Part shown: one piece after another, positions 1 through 12,899 of the stretch
How positions within the stretch are numbered: the first letter of the stretch is position 1
How the letters are laid out: the number at the start of each line of letters is the position of its first letter
Assembly: GCA_030704615.1 (NCBI GenBank)
Contig: CM060734.1
Location: 22,568,001 to 22,632,000 of the forward strand
DNA: 64,000 nucleotides
Source: Takakia lepidozioides
Lineage: Eukaryota > Plantae > Bryophyta
Direction of reading: 5' to 3'
Notes under the pieces: generated by a model
What the model was told of the DNA's origin: nothing
What the model saw: the letters and a program-made list of their open reading frames with translations, nothing else
Database searches by the model: none
Translations under genes and position numbers: made by a program

Positions 1-184
1 GTCCTGTGCCTGCAGAAGATTGGATCTTGCATGGTATGTTACACCACGGATGTACCATCATCACCAAGGTTCCACGGTAGGTATCCGGATTTAACCTCCT
101 TCATTCTTGATATGGTCCTTCAAGGGAATATAGGTCCTTTGGGGCAACCAGAAGTAGGAGAGTCATCATTGCAACAGTGAGTGT

Positions 185-2600
185 ATGTCTAGCTCAGGAT
201 CAAGAGAAACACTCCCAAGTCTAGATAGTATATCTTTTGACACTAGGCTGCAGCGTCGGCTAGCCAGAGAGGCAGTCAGGGACCAATCGCTAGGAAAGAG
301 TCCAGCATTAAGTCCAAGGTCCGATTTGGACACCCGAAGTCTAGAAAGGATAGATTGGGAACAAGAGGACACCGATAGTATGTCTTGTAATGAGTATTCA
401 CGGAAGGTCTCCCCAATACCCAATCCTCCATTGTCACCTCCGGCGAGGTCAGTCAGTCCTTCGCCATTAGTAGTGTCAGTCATGGCCCATATTCCAAGGC
501 TGCCTGAGGTACCCATTGTGGTTCCGGCAGGTCTTGCCCTGCTAACATTGCCCAGGCATTTGCCTTGGTTTTCCGGGGAGGCACATGAGAACCCAGAGTA
601 TCGTGTGAAATTTTTTATTCAATGTTGCTATTCTAACCAAGCATTGGACGATGCTTATTGGCTGATCTGGTTTCCCACAACCATGAGGGGAAGAGCATCT
701 ACTTGGCATTGGCAGCAGGCACCAGGAACATTTGTCATTTGGTTGCAGATTCGCGACGCCTTTTTGGATCATTTCCGGGCGGTGCACCAATTCACTAATG
801 TCTTGATGGCATTAGCACGAATTCGTCAAGGTCCTGCGGAGGAAGTAGCGGACTTTGAGACGAGATTTAGGGAGCTGATGAGGCTTCAGAATCCCTTGAC
901 CCCTTTAGACGACGGGGTACTCAAGGATTTTTTTCTGAGTGGTCTGCGAGAGGCCACTCATTTCCATGTGTTGCAGCAATGACCTGCAACTTTGGCAGAT
1001 GCCATCCAAGCCGGCAAGGAGTTTGACAACATGCACCAACAAGTACAACGGGCCAAGATGTCGGAGATGGCCTTACCATCGTACATCACAATCGAACCAA
1101 CACAGAGTCCGACACCATTGGCGGTAATTCAGCCCGCTCTTAAATACACGCCTTCGTATGTGGGAGGAGCAGGACCATACGTTCCACCATCGGCCCCAAC
1201 ACCAGTTGCGGCGACAATGGCTCCCCAATACGCAGGTGCAGTGCCCACCAGCTCACATGCCGATTCGAGTGGGCAATCTGATTCACGAGTTGGACATCTT
1301 GAAGCCCAGGTGACGTCTCTCATGAAGACAATGGAGACAATGGCCGATCGCATGAGCTCCATCGGTCAGCAGATCACCAGCTACGTAGGATATCGGGATG
1401 CAGCCCCGATTGGCGAATCCGGCCCCAACCCAGCAAAGGTTTGGTGTTCCAACTGCAACAACTCCGGTCACTGTTCACAACATTGCCCTTACCCAATCAG
1501 GGATAAGCAGGTAAACCAAAACCCAACTTATCAGGATAGGTAGAGACGTAATTCCAACCAGTCACGAGGAGGTTGCCAAAAGTGTGGACATCCGCGCCAC
1601 ACCACGGAGGAATGTTGGAGTGACATCATTTGTATTCATTGCGATAAGCGTGGCCATCCACTAGAGAGATGTCCTCGCCGACAGGTGGATCGACCCGCTC
1701 CTGCCACTAGGCAACAGGTAGAGAGGAATTTGGAAGGGCAACGGGCCCCCTTCCCGGATCAGTATGCTACTGAACCTCCCAACCCTCTTCCTTCTCAACA
1801 TAGCATGTATTTTGCCACGCCAACACCGATTGCGCAACGGCCTAGAGTGGATCCAGTAGTCCCATCATATGTAGGGGACAATGCAGCCACGGGATCGAAT
1901 TCCTGGGCGGCTTACTCAAATCCTGCGGCTCAGATAGCCCAGGGTTCTTCTAACACGTGGTCTCCTCCTCAGGATGTAAGAGTGCAAGGGGGACATCAGG
2001 CGTCAACTTTGGCACCTCCTCAGCCACAACAGACCAACGTGCAGCAACACCAAGCGGGATGTCAACAGGAGACACAGCACAAGGTGAATTGGATTGCGAG
2101 TGAACCAGAGTCCACTCCAACCATGCAAGCTAGCCCTGAGAAAGGTAGCTATGCCATCATGACCCGACAGCAGAGAGATACGCTAGGCAAAGGACCTGGA
2201 TATGCAGCGTCGGAGTCCACCACTTCTGCCTCAGAGCAGGAGGATTTGAACTTCACAATGATGAAGTCCGATGCGAGGAAGGTGGCGGAAAAGGTGCTTC
2301 AAGAGGAAGGCGTCGTCCGTCCGAAGGAGAAGGAAGTGGCATTTGCAGAGACGAAACCTCTAGTGGTACGTCTCGTCCCCACTCTGCCTCTCACCTCTAG
2401 ACCCAAAAGTTCAGCAAATCGTCCGGCAGCACCAGAGAAGCTGCCAAAACGAAGAATCCACTCCACGATGCGGGTTCACCGATGAGTTAGAGCCATACAA
2501 TTTGATGGAGGATTTGCGGCACATTCAGGCGAACATCACATTTGCTCAACTCATAGCGATGGCTCCCACCATTTGACACGCTCTCAAAGCTTCATTGGTT
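185..2600 (+). pseudogene. gag: gag of copy A with three CCHC zinc knuckles
   Basis: Retrotrans_gag-like WFPTTMRGRASTWHW...W.QIRDAFLDHF; knuckles CSNCNNSGHCSQHC, CQKCGHPRHTTEEC and CIHCDKRGHPLERC; in-frame stops at ~980 and ~1541. Confidence 0.85.
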
Positions 2601-2693
2601 CGGATGGATCTCGATTCGAACCCGGATCGACCTTTACATCGGAACCAACAACGCAAGCGGTAGACATGGCGGTCGGCAGAGAATTGCCCCAAG

Positions 2694-4084
2694 TTGGTGA
2701 AGGTTGGATCCCAGTTGACATCTGAACAGGCATTGGAATACCAGACACTGTTTAGAGAATTTCGAGACATTTTCACGCGGCCTTACACCGAGCTGAAGGG
2801 AGTGCCTTCGTACGTTGCTATGCACTCTATTCCCCTGATTCTGGGAGCTACACCACGACGACAACGAGAGAAGAGGATAAACCCGAATTTGGCGTTGCTG
2901 ATCAAGGCCGAGATCGAGAAGTTGTTAGCCGCGGAGTTCATTTTTCCAATAGAAACATCAACCTGGGTCTCACCCATGGTGATTGTCCGCAAGAAGAACG
3001 GAGGTTTAAGGGTATGTGTGGACTTCCGGCCTCTCAACAAGGTGACGCATAAGGATCATTTTCCTTTGCCCTTCATCGATACGTTAGTGGAAGAAGTAGC
3101 AGGGAAGGAGCTCTACTCTTTCATGGATGGATTTTCGGGCTACAATCAGGTGTTGATCGATCCGAAAGATGTGTTAAAGACCACATTCACATCGCCGTGG
3201 GGAATGTTCGTCTACACCAGAATGCCCTTCGATTTGTGTAACGCGCCCCTGACTTTCCAACGGGTTATGACGTATGCTTTCTCGGACATCATGGGGAAGA
3301 ATATGGTTATCTTCTTAGATGACTTCTGTTGCAATGGAGACGCATCACATTGCAGCTCTGTGAGAGTGTTTCCTCAGGTGCAGAGACAACGGGATATCCC
3401 TCAACCCAATGAAGTGCGTGTTTGCAGTCACACATGGACTGCTGCTGGGACACATTGTGTCCAGAGAAGGAGTGGCGACGGATCTTGCTAAGGTGAGCGC
3501 CATCGTTGAACTACCTGCACCAGAAACATCATCCAAGGTGAAAGGGTTCCTTGGCCACACCGGGTGGTATAGGAAGTTTATGGACAAGTATGCAGCGGAG
3601 GCTTTACCTCTGACTCGCTTATTGAAGAAAAATCAGGTGTTCTCTTGGGATGCAGGGTGCCAAGAATCATTCGAGACCCTCAAACAACGATTGGTCTCAG
3701 CCCCAGTTCTGTCGGCTCCAGATTGGAACCGGCCATTTCATGTATACGTGGATGCATCAGCAGTGGCAGTAGGATGCGCTCTATGTCAGCCGGATCCCAA
3801 TCTCATTCGCTAGTCGGCAATTAACGTTCGCAGAAACGAGATATAGCACTACGGAGCGGGAAGCGCTAGGGATGATCTTTGCCATGAAGCAATATCGGCA
3901 TTATTTGTTGGAGACACCTTTTACATTTTTGTTGATCCCATGATATTGCGATATCTGATCAACAAGCCCAATTTGACGGGAAGAATAGCCAGGTGGGTTA
4001 TTCTACTTTAGGAAATTGAAAGGTAGTCTACAAGCCTGGAAAACTCAATGCTCAGGCTGACCATCTCTCTTGGTTGTCAGAGAA
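2694..4084 (+). pseudogene. pol: reverse transcriptase and RNase H of copy A
   Basis: LRVCVDFRPLN, MDGFSGYNQ, FLDD, FLGHTGWYRKF, YVDASAVAVG; frameshifted. Confidence 0.92.
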
Positions 4085-4092
4085 GACAGGGG

Positions 4093-7000
4093 GAGGTAGC
4101 CTATACTATATGCGCACACAAATGCATGCATATGGAGGAATGTATGCGTGCATACAAATTTTAGATATGCATAGGAACAATTTTATATGCACAACACTTA
4201 AATAAGGGTACCCAAAAAAGAAAAAAGAAATGTGATTCATCTAATCTTAGGGTCCATAGTCAAAATATCAAAGGATGGAATAAGAATATTCTATATAGAA
4301 TATTCCATATTCATTGTATTATTATTCCACATGGGTGAGTGTAGGAATGGGAGAGGAACATGTTGCTTTTATGGCTTTCCAACATGAGAAAAAAGGTCGA
4401 AAAATTAAAAAGTGACGAGGCACGGCTCCTTGTTAGATACAAATGGTGAAAGTACGGGCTCTTCCAATGGTGGGAGTCTAGTTTGAAGTTCAGAATGGAG
4501 CAATGCTCAGGGAATGCTAGGGAGCTTGACAATGTGATGGAGATGGTCCGCCTGCGCATTTGGGTAGTAAATGGCGATGGCCCGCAAGGGAATTCAATTT
4601 TACAAAAAAGACTATTGATTGGTAATCGAACCCGCAATCTCATAACTTAAAAAACATAATCCTTACCAAACCACCACCCATTTAATCTTGTTACATAGGT
4701 TTTGCAGTATCTATATATCTATCTTCTGAAACATTTTTATTTTTATCTAGTTCATACCTCTACACTACCCATTCAGACTTGAAACACTAATGAAATGAAA
4801 CACTAATGAGATAAAGATAGTCACCCTGTGTGTACATAACATGCCACAATACTCATAAGGGTTGATCTTACTAATGAAATTTGATAGTGCTGAAGTGCAT
4901 GTCAAACTTGCATTCAGGTAAAGGGATCTATGAAATGCAGTAGAGATCTATGTACAAACTATTACATAGATAAATCAAATGACAGGAAGATAACATGAAA
5001 TCTGATTTCAACACCATGTCATTTGCCCCATTTGTTTTACCTTACACTAGAGAGAAATACATGTATCATAGAAAATAACCAAAAATTCAGACTGACAATG
5101 AGGACAATGTATTGTATATGTAATTTCTAATTACCTACATAACATCATCAGCTGATACTTCATCATCCGTGTCATAAGCATGTGATTCAGAGGCATACAC
5201 ATCCATGAAAGCCTCAACTCTACGCAACCTATCCACGGATTGTCCAACAATAGCTGCTCTTCAGTCAAACAACAGATCATTGGAAAGACCTACATCACGT
5301 TGTTAATGTATTGAATGCAAAGCTTGGGACTCGGCATACGAAGGTAGATAAAACGATGAAAGATGACTTTGGGGTAGACTATCGTAGATGGTCCGCACAA
5401 TCCCATCACTGCATCACACATACATGTATACTTATGTTAACAAATCAAATGGGAATGGTTTGCTTTGCAAATAATATAGAGATTGGAACAAAGGGAATGG
5501 AGGCGAGACATACTCACTAGGAAGTACTGCCGAGATGAAGACCAAGCTTGCGCGCCACCTTAGGTGCGGGGGGTTCCAACAAACTCACAGGACGTTGAAT
5601 GGTTGGAGCTACCACAGATGAAACCAAAACAGGTTGAGTATTTTGAAGTGCAGAGAGACGTGCTACATACAACGTCTGGTCCCCCTCAAGACCAAATACG
5701 TGACGTCCAGACTCGCGGGCAGCAATAAATGTAGAACCTGCAGGAAAAAAACATGCAATGATGATATTATATCGAATAACAGTTAATGATCATGAATCAG
5801 CTCAGAAGATTTTAATTACAAAATGTGGGCCAATGGATGAGAGAGGACATGGATGTGGAGGCAGATGCAGATATGCCTACCACTAATTTGTCTGAGGCAG
5901 TCCATTCTGCTTGGTGGAAGACAACAGGCAATGGGAAAAAAATGAAGGTGGATCTATATGAGGCCACCATGCATGACATGTCACGAGCTCTTTTGCAGCA
6001 GGCAACATTTTACAGGCACACCACAGGAAAGACATGGGGGATGGGGCCCGACAAAGAAGAGCTCATGTTGCGTCAAGCAGCTAGATCTAATAGCCCAGCA
6101 AAAATGGGTAAGGTTGTACGTGGCATAGTAGCTAGAACACCCATGCACACAAGGGGGGTTCAATTGGAGGGAGACAATCGCACTGTTCCAGTCAAACGCA
6201 AGTTAGGCGATGAGCATGGTGGGCCAAACAAATCTTGGAGGTGTGATATGAATGTAAAGACTGTTCCAGTGCGCGCCACTGGGATGCCCAGTCCACACCA
6301 GCCATCTAGGTTTGTCAGCTCCAAATCAAGTCATGACATTCCTGGTTCTTCGACTTTCTGTGAGACAAATCCACATGTTGCTATCCCTCCTCAGCCATGC
6401 AATGGGGAAATCCAGTGAGAGAGACACGAGACTTTTCCGATGCATTGTTCAGGATTCAGCGGACAGGTCCTGCTTCCATGGTTCGTTGTTTTGCCTTGGT
6501 TGGAGTTTCCAAGGATAAATGCAAAGCGCTCATCAGGAAAGGTAAAGGAAGTCCTGCACCTTGCTTCACTGGCAAGTTACTAGCACCGAACATGAAAGAA
6601 CCAAAACTGCAAGTTTTTTTGTTTTGCCCCACAGATGTTTTGTCGTGTGTTGGAGGGGGACCGTGCCATCCTATTGCTTGGAAAACCGGGTATACCTAAC
6701 GTGTGGCCTGTGAAGGTTGGAACCAACCTTACACAAGAAGAGGTGGACAACTTGACCCTTGCAGGTTTCGACTAGTCCATCCTCCCAACGTTCCTGATCG
6801 AACTTTCCTGTGGGACCACTTCCAGTGGAACAACATATTCATCAAGGTGTTGTCCTTCCTATGGGTAAATATCCCACTACATGCTATGGGGTGCGCATTC
6901 GGCGTCGGGATCCGACTCCTTGACACTTGAGTCGCCAAGAGTCAGCGGAGACTCTTATTGCTGAGGTTCGTGGATTCAGAAACGTGCCTCAGCTAGGTTA

Positions 7001-7880
7001 TGGGAGAATTTACCAGCTACAAAACAGAGGGATCTACCAGAGCAGGATTGGTTTACAATGTATACATTGGTCAGTTTCCATCTTGTGATTGTCCCGACTT
7101 TGATGAGCTATCTGTCAAGAAGAAAAAAACAAACATATCTACCTTGTAAGCACATGTACTTCATGTACAACGTGCATCTAGGATGCGCCGGGGCTTCTGA
7201 GATCCACCAACCTTCCCTTAGCCAGTTAGAGGTTAGGGCTATGCTAAAGAAGGACCCTAGTTCAACTTCTTAGTGACACATGAAATGCAAAAAAAGAACC
7301 TCTAACTTGTGCCGTTCATTTTCATGCATGTGACATGTAATTATCTTGTTACTACTTTATTCCAAACATGACACATAACATTTGTTAGTACAGAAGTTCC
7401 TATTTTGGTTAAAATGGAACTTGTGTACCTGTCATACAAGTTTTCAAATTATAGAACTGCTTGGCATTACAAACAGACATGCAATGTGGTGGTTCCAAAC
7501 ATGACACATATGCATTTGTTAGTACAAAAGTCCATATTTTGATTAATATGAAACTGTTTTCCTTGAATACAAGTTTGCAAACTATTACTTTGGCCAGGGA
7601 TCTTGTATTCTCTTCAGTTTAAGGTGGTGCATTAGTTGGAGTTAGGGGTCACATGCATCTTTGACCATTGACTACTGATTTTGTTAGCTAAGATTTTTAT
7701 TTTTTTTCTATATACATATGATGTAACATTTGCATATGCAATAAATACGTCGTATTCTATGTTATATAACTCCACTGCATACAATCTACAATGTGTGCAT
7801 ACAAATTTGTCACATGCATATATAATAAGGGATTTTGTGCATGCATGCACGCAACCTGTGCATATGGAATAGCAACCCCC
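4093..7880 (+). mobile_element. Mutator-like (MULE) DNA transposon inserted in gypsy pol
   Basis: Duplicated target GACAGGGG (4085-4092 and 7881-7888); imperfect ~25-bp terminal inverted repeats; removing the insert restores pol codons EKTGDEPIDDDFP. Confidence 0.8.
5825..7270 (+). pseudogene. MULE transposase C-terminal remnant with SWIM zinc finger
   Basis: TTNLSEAVHSAWW motif; YNVYIGQFPSCDCPDF...(frameshift)...YLPCKHMYF (CxC..CKH) at ~7055-7170. Confidence 0.65.
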
Positions 7881-7888
7881 GACAGGGG

Positions 7889-8805
7889 ACGAGCCTATCG
7901 ACGATGATTTCCCAGATGCATTCCTGTTCTCCATTGAAACAGTTCATCCATGGTATGAGCATATTGCTCAGTACCTTAGTACTATGGAACACCCACCGGG
8001 TATGGATGGGCACGCATGAAGACGCCTTCGGTTGCGGAGTATGAAGTTTGCCCTGTGTGGGAGGACAACTTTATAGAAGGGAATTGGAAGGAATCTTGAG
8101 GCGATGCATCACTCCAGAGGAGGTTCCCCAAATTTTAGAGTCAGCTCATGATAGCATGTGCGGAGGACACTTTGCAGGGCGACTCACTGTACAAAAAGTT
8201 TTAAGGGCATGATACTATTGGCCCTCCATGTTCAAGGATGCGCACATGCATGTGCGAAGATGCAACGCTTGTCAAAGGTACGCGAAAAGGGACAATAGGC
8301 TTGGAATGTCGTTAGTTCCCACCCTCCCACTTGCTCCATTTGAGAAGTGGGGGATTGATTACGTAGGAGAAGTGCACCTTGCGTCGAGCCGACAAAATCG
8401 CTACATCATCGTAGCCACAGAGTACCTGACAAAGTGGGCGGAAGCCAAAGCGGTCAAGAAGGCCAATGCACAGGTAACCGCTGCGTTCATTTATGAATAC
8501 ATCATTTCCAGGTTTGGATGTCCTAAGGAGATTGTGAGCGATCGAGGGTCACACTTCATCAATGACGTCATCGAAGAAATGATGGTAGCATTCTCCATCA
8601 AGCACCGGAAGGCTACCCCTTATCATCCACAGACTAGCGGGCAGGTGGAACGCGCCAATCAAACGTTGTGCAATATCTTGTCCAGGACAATTCAGAAGCA
8701 CAAACGAGATTGGGACACGAAGTTGATCTCAGCCTTATGGGCATTTCGCATGACTCATAAGGTGACCACTCGGCACACTCCATTTTCACTGGTATACGGG
8801 GTTGA
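7889..8805 (+). pseudogene. pol: integrase of copy A (HHCC plus DDE core), C-terminus deleted
   Basis: H..CGGHF...RCNACQ, WGIDYVG, SDRGSHF, YHPQTSGQVERAN; breaks after PFSLVYGVE. Confidence 0.92.
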
Positions 8806-10332
8806 GCAAGTTGAGAGATGTATATCAACGGAGATAGAGGCAATGGAGCAGGGGAAACTCATTGCTGACATGAAGGATACTCTCTGTCGCATTGAAAATA
8901 CAATTCAGCAGTTGAACCAGGTCAATGCCCAGAAGGACAGACAACTTTTAGAGTTGCAGCAAACGATCACAGTACGGGAGAATGCACTTTATGTGAAACC
9001 AATAATCTGTCAGCTGCCTATGCAACTCTGGTGGAGCCTCATGCAAAGCAAATGGAGCGTTTACAACAGCAGTTGGAAACATACAGGCTCAAGGAGGAGC
9101 AGGATCTCCATGCTGTTACACAGGACTTGGTGGATAATCATCTTTTGCAAGAGTGGTTAACACAAGGGCCAGTGGACGGAAAAGCAGCAAGGAAGCTGAC
9201 TCAAGAGGAGATGAATGATCTCAGGCTACAGGTGCAGAACATTGCCACAACCACTATAGACAATGTCTATAGTGATGTCTATAGTCGGATAGCCGAGTTG
9301 CAGGAGGATGTGGAAGGGCTTCAGACTCAAGTGGATGAGTTGAGCTTTAACATTGAGAAGAGGGCCTTTGTTCCTGAGGAACAACTCATGGCTACTTACT
9401 TGCAGGCAATGACTTTGATTTTTCAATCTTCAGCACAGGACGTGCAAGCCTTGCCAACATCAGGAGGGACTGTGGCAACAACATCACAGCAGCCACTCCA
9501 GGTAGTCGGTGTTGATACCATGGCACAGCAGCAATCAGTGCTTGAGGTTTGGGGTGATACTTCTTTTAACCCACCTATTACTGCTGCTGCACTTGAATAC
9601 AATCGAGCTATGATTCTGCCCTTCAACCAAATTCACATTGTTATGGATGTGGCTTGGAAAGAATTCAGTCCTCCGGAGTCTTTGGCACACTATTACCAAA
9701 TTATGCGCATTTGATTGCCAGTGGCAACTTGGACTAAGGTTCTTCCAACTGACAGACCCATTGAAGATCACCATTTTGCACGGTACTGGTCTGAGGCAGG
9801 AACCATGCTGAAGGAATTAATTGCCTTCCAGATCGTTCATGGATTCATATACACCAAGACCAAGGAGTTACCTAGTCTGGTCATGGGCTGTGGGATGTAC
9901 TATGCTGCTTGCTTTGTTTTACGCTACCACACTGAGCAGCAGAAGATGCAGATGAGGTTTCAGACTTATTCCAGTGGGGAGCATTGGACGTTACCTCCAG
10001 TTCCACCACACACGTATCTATATGATGTGAGGGTCATGCTTCAAAGGGATCCAAAACTCCGTTCTTGGTTTTCTTTTGCTCTGGAGCACTTGGCCAAGGA
10101 GAACTTGGACTTTAACCACATTTTTCCCAAGGGGCATGAGGCCAGGAAATGGCTGCACTTTTCAAAGGTGATAGGCACACCACTCTGCTTTACAGATGAC
10201 GAGCTGCGGACATATACTAATCTTGCTCGCAAGAGGCTGGCTCAAGTCTTACAATATAAGGTTCAAGACATGGTGGGCATACATTGTATGCCAGTCGGTC
10301 AGGAAACAGCACGGCCAATGGTGGGAAGATGA
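8806..10332 (+). pseudogene. accessory ORF downstream of pol, coiled-coil N-terminal half, function unknown
   Basis: Tail of ORF 8228 plus ORFs 9031-9714 and 9715-10332 join across one frameshift and one stop into ~500 aa; heptad-like Q/E/L-rich segments. Confidence 0.55.
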
Positions 10333-10745
10333 TTCGAGTACCACTGGTTCTGTGGAGGGAAATATTGACATAGCTGAGGATTATGAGTTACAAATGGCGG
10401 AGAAGAAACGACGGGGATCTCCTATGCCTGAGAAATTGCCTCCATATCAACCAAAGGCGGGGCAGTCAGCTCCATCTAGTCGACAGTCATCCCCACCAGC
10501 CAATTAGATGTTTCGCCAAACACACTTTTGTCTCCTCGTTTTTTGCGATTGTTAATTTTGGGTGGCAATGGCTTTCAATGATAATGTCGTGTGCCCCACA
10601 CACATTGGTACCTATAGTTTGATCATCCACTTCTTATTCAACTAATTCTCATTATGGTACTAGACAAAAGATAAGATACAAACAATGCATCATAGAAAAA
10701 AAACACTCAAAGTCCATAAGCTTAAGTAGCATAGAGAGAGAGAGA

Positions 10746-10824
10746 AGACTCTAGCCGAAGCCAGCGTAACTAAGAGCCACTTCGCCTTGCGGCTACTGCC
10801 TCCCTTTCGGGGGGTGACCCCTAA
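10746..10824 (-). ncRNA. structured RNA motif at the LINE 3' end (three-way junction plus UUCG hairpin)
   Basis: UAGGGGUC/GGCUCUUA, CCC-GAAA-GGG, GC-AGUA-GCC-GCAA-GGC-GAA-GU, CUGGC-UUCG-GCUAG; recurs four more times in the window. Confidence 0.65.
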
Positions 10825-10862
10825 GAAAAAGGTGTCATGTGGGACACCAAGTGACCGTAGAA

Positions 10863-11022
10863 GGTGGACGCATTGCCGAAGCAAGCGTAACTTATGGTGT
10901 CACTTGACCCCATAGGGCTACTGCCTTCCGGTGGGAAGTTGGACACCGTAATGACTTCCAACATGTGTATTGAACCCACAACCACTCGTGAGAGGGTATG
11001 TGCCCTAACCACTGGGCTACAT
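10863..11022 (-). mobile_element. tRNA-derived SINE inserted in the LINE 3' UTR
   Basis: A box TAGCCCAGTGG, B box GGTTCAA; 13-bp TSD AGTGACCGTAGAA (10850-10862 and 11023-11035). Confidence 0.85.
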
Positions 11023-11205
11023 AGTGACCGTAGAAAGTAGGGGAGTCCGTGGTACCCCTGGGGGACCTAGGGTGCGTTTGAAGTGCCGGATTCCAGTTGG
11101 CGTTTGTTGGTGATAATAGCTGAGAGTGAACGGAGTGCTGTGAGGTGAATTGCTTTGAAGCATTTGTGGATGGGAAGAGTGGGAATTTTGAAGTTATCAT
11201 GTATG

Positions 11206-11740
11206 TCAGATACTGGCGTTATGAATGCCGCCTCGAGTACCAGCGGTGATGACGGTTAATGGGCTAGTTTTCCAGCCATACCGTCGGATTGTAAGGATAA
11301 GCGGGACATATTTTTGACGTTTTTCTAAAATCGAGTCATTGGGATAACGATCGTGGCAAAATGTGAATTCAATGAAATGAATGGTGAATTGTGGGGATAG
11401 TGAGGTGGGGGGGGGGGTGTTAATGGGTAGGCCTTGTACAAGGAGTATGTCCGAGCAAAGCCTAGCAAGGCATGAGCATGGTGATTGGGTACATATGCAT
11501 GGTAGCAGCCAAGGTGGCACAGTGTGGTCGGGTGGCCGACCGTGGTAGGTACCAGCGTTTATGAGCAAGAACCATCTGGTTTCAGCACTATTTAGAAAGA
11601 GCTTATGGAGATGCCAGACTGCCTGGTTGTGTCGCGTGATATGAAGGCCATGTATGATCGGGTGCATACATTGGCTGAGGAGATGTGGCCAGGTGTCATG
11701 AGCTTGGTGAGTGGTTGAACATAATGGGCAGTATGGGGTG
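11206..11740 (-). pseudogene. CCHC finger and restriction-like endonuclease of the LINE
   Basis: CPLC...HLLSQC..RHNQAV; RL.SDIL...FIEFTFC...EK.QKY; VITAGTRGGIH. Confidence 0.8.
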
Positions 11741-12084
11741 AGAACATATGCGGCCAGAAGATGTGTTTGCGGTGGTGAGGTCCATGTATTGGGTGTATCT
11801 GAATTTGAGTATTTGTCGGATTTGTGCGTCAGTGGTAGCTTTGGTTAGCCAGAAATGATTTGAGAGTTTATGGTGCAATACATTTGATTGAGTCCATTTT
11901 TGGATGTGTACTTTGGTGTGGCTGATGGAGGCTGCAGCTTGTTTATTTGCTTCTCTGGTGAGGGTGGTCAGAAGGTTTCGGACTGGTCTGGGTACAGGGG
12001 AGTCTGGGACGGGGTGTATAAACCAGAAGGGGTGGGTATGGGCGATGTGGATAAGGTTGGCTGTGGGTTTGATTGTGGGTTGAT

Positions 12085-12470
12085 CGGCACCGAGTTGAGC
12101 GAGTAGGTCTGCTTCCTCATTACCATGAATGCCAGTGTGCGAGCGGACTTTGAGTAAATAGACTGGATGGTTTTTGGAAATGGCCCTTTGGACAATGGCG
12201 GCAATGAGGTTGCGGTCGAGGTGATGATGATGGGAAGAAGGGTGGGAGGTGTGGTTTCGAATAAGAAATAGAGAGGTGAGGCTATCAGTGAAGATATAGT
12301 ATGGGGGGGGAAGACGTCAGTAGAGAGAGAGCATCGTGGATGGCCATGAGCTCAGCCCTTAGAATGGTGGCAGGGCCAGGGAGCCGGAGGGCAACACCCC
12401 CGACGCTGTCGGCATGATAAATTCCGTATCCTACATTAGGTTTGGTGAGGGATCCATCAGTGTAGTGTGA
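12085..12470 (-). pseudogene. RNase H domain of the LINE
   Basis: YTDGS, TILRAELMAI, IFTDS and KVRSHTGIHGNEEAD (D-E-D-D), across frameshifts. Confidence 0.85.
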
Positions 12471-12899
12471 GTTTGTCGGGGGATACTTGAGGGTGGTGTT
12501 TTGCTGATATAGTGAGGGGATTGGGGGAAGGGGTGTTGTTGGTTACCTGGGGGGGGGGGGGGGGCGCGGCTGTGCCATGCCCCAGGCTTTGTTTGTTTTG
12601 ATCCGGGGAATGTGTGTGGTTGTGTGGGTGTGGAGGGGGTGTAGCTGGGTAATGGATGGTGGCCTTCATTTTATGAGTTATGGTTAGCAACTGCTCTAGC
12701 TAGTGGAAAAAAAATGTCGGTGTTTGTATGAAGGGGGTTTTGGACATGTAGAATCAGAGTTAGGGTAGGTTCTTTCCTTTTGAGGTACTTGGGAAGAGGG
12801 GGGTATGAACATACTTAAGCTGATTTGGGTCAATTGTGGCGAGTAGATTGACCTCTTCTGGGAGTCGTAGGAGAGGGTGGGGGGTGCTAGGTGTGTTTT

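Larger units (their letters stand above)
1..10570 (+). mobile_element. Ty3/gypsy LTR retrotransposon copy A (non-chromovirus), decayed; protease deleted, MULE inserted, 3' accessory ORF; LTRs not resolved
   Basis: Order gag-RT-RNaseH-IN on +, with many stops and frameshifts; homologous to copy C (47313-50460 and 27243-30125). Confidence 0.9.

Noticed and set aside
10746-10824. Hammerhead ribozyme interpretation of the three-way junction motif
   Set aside because: It lacks the CUGANGA core and the GAAA/UH pairing; AGUA/GAA fits a loop E motif better.
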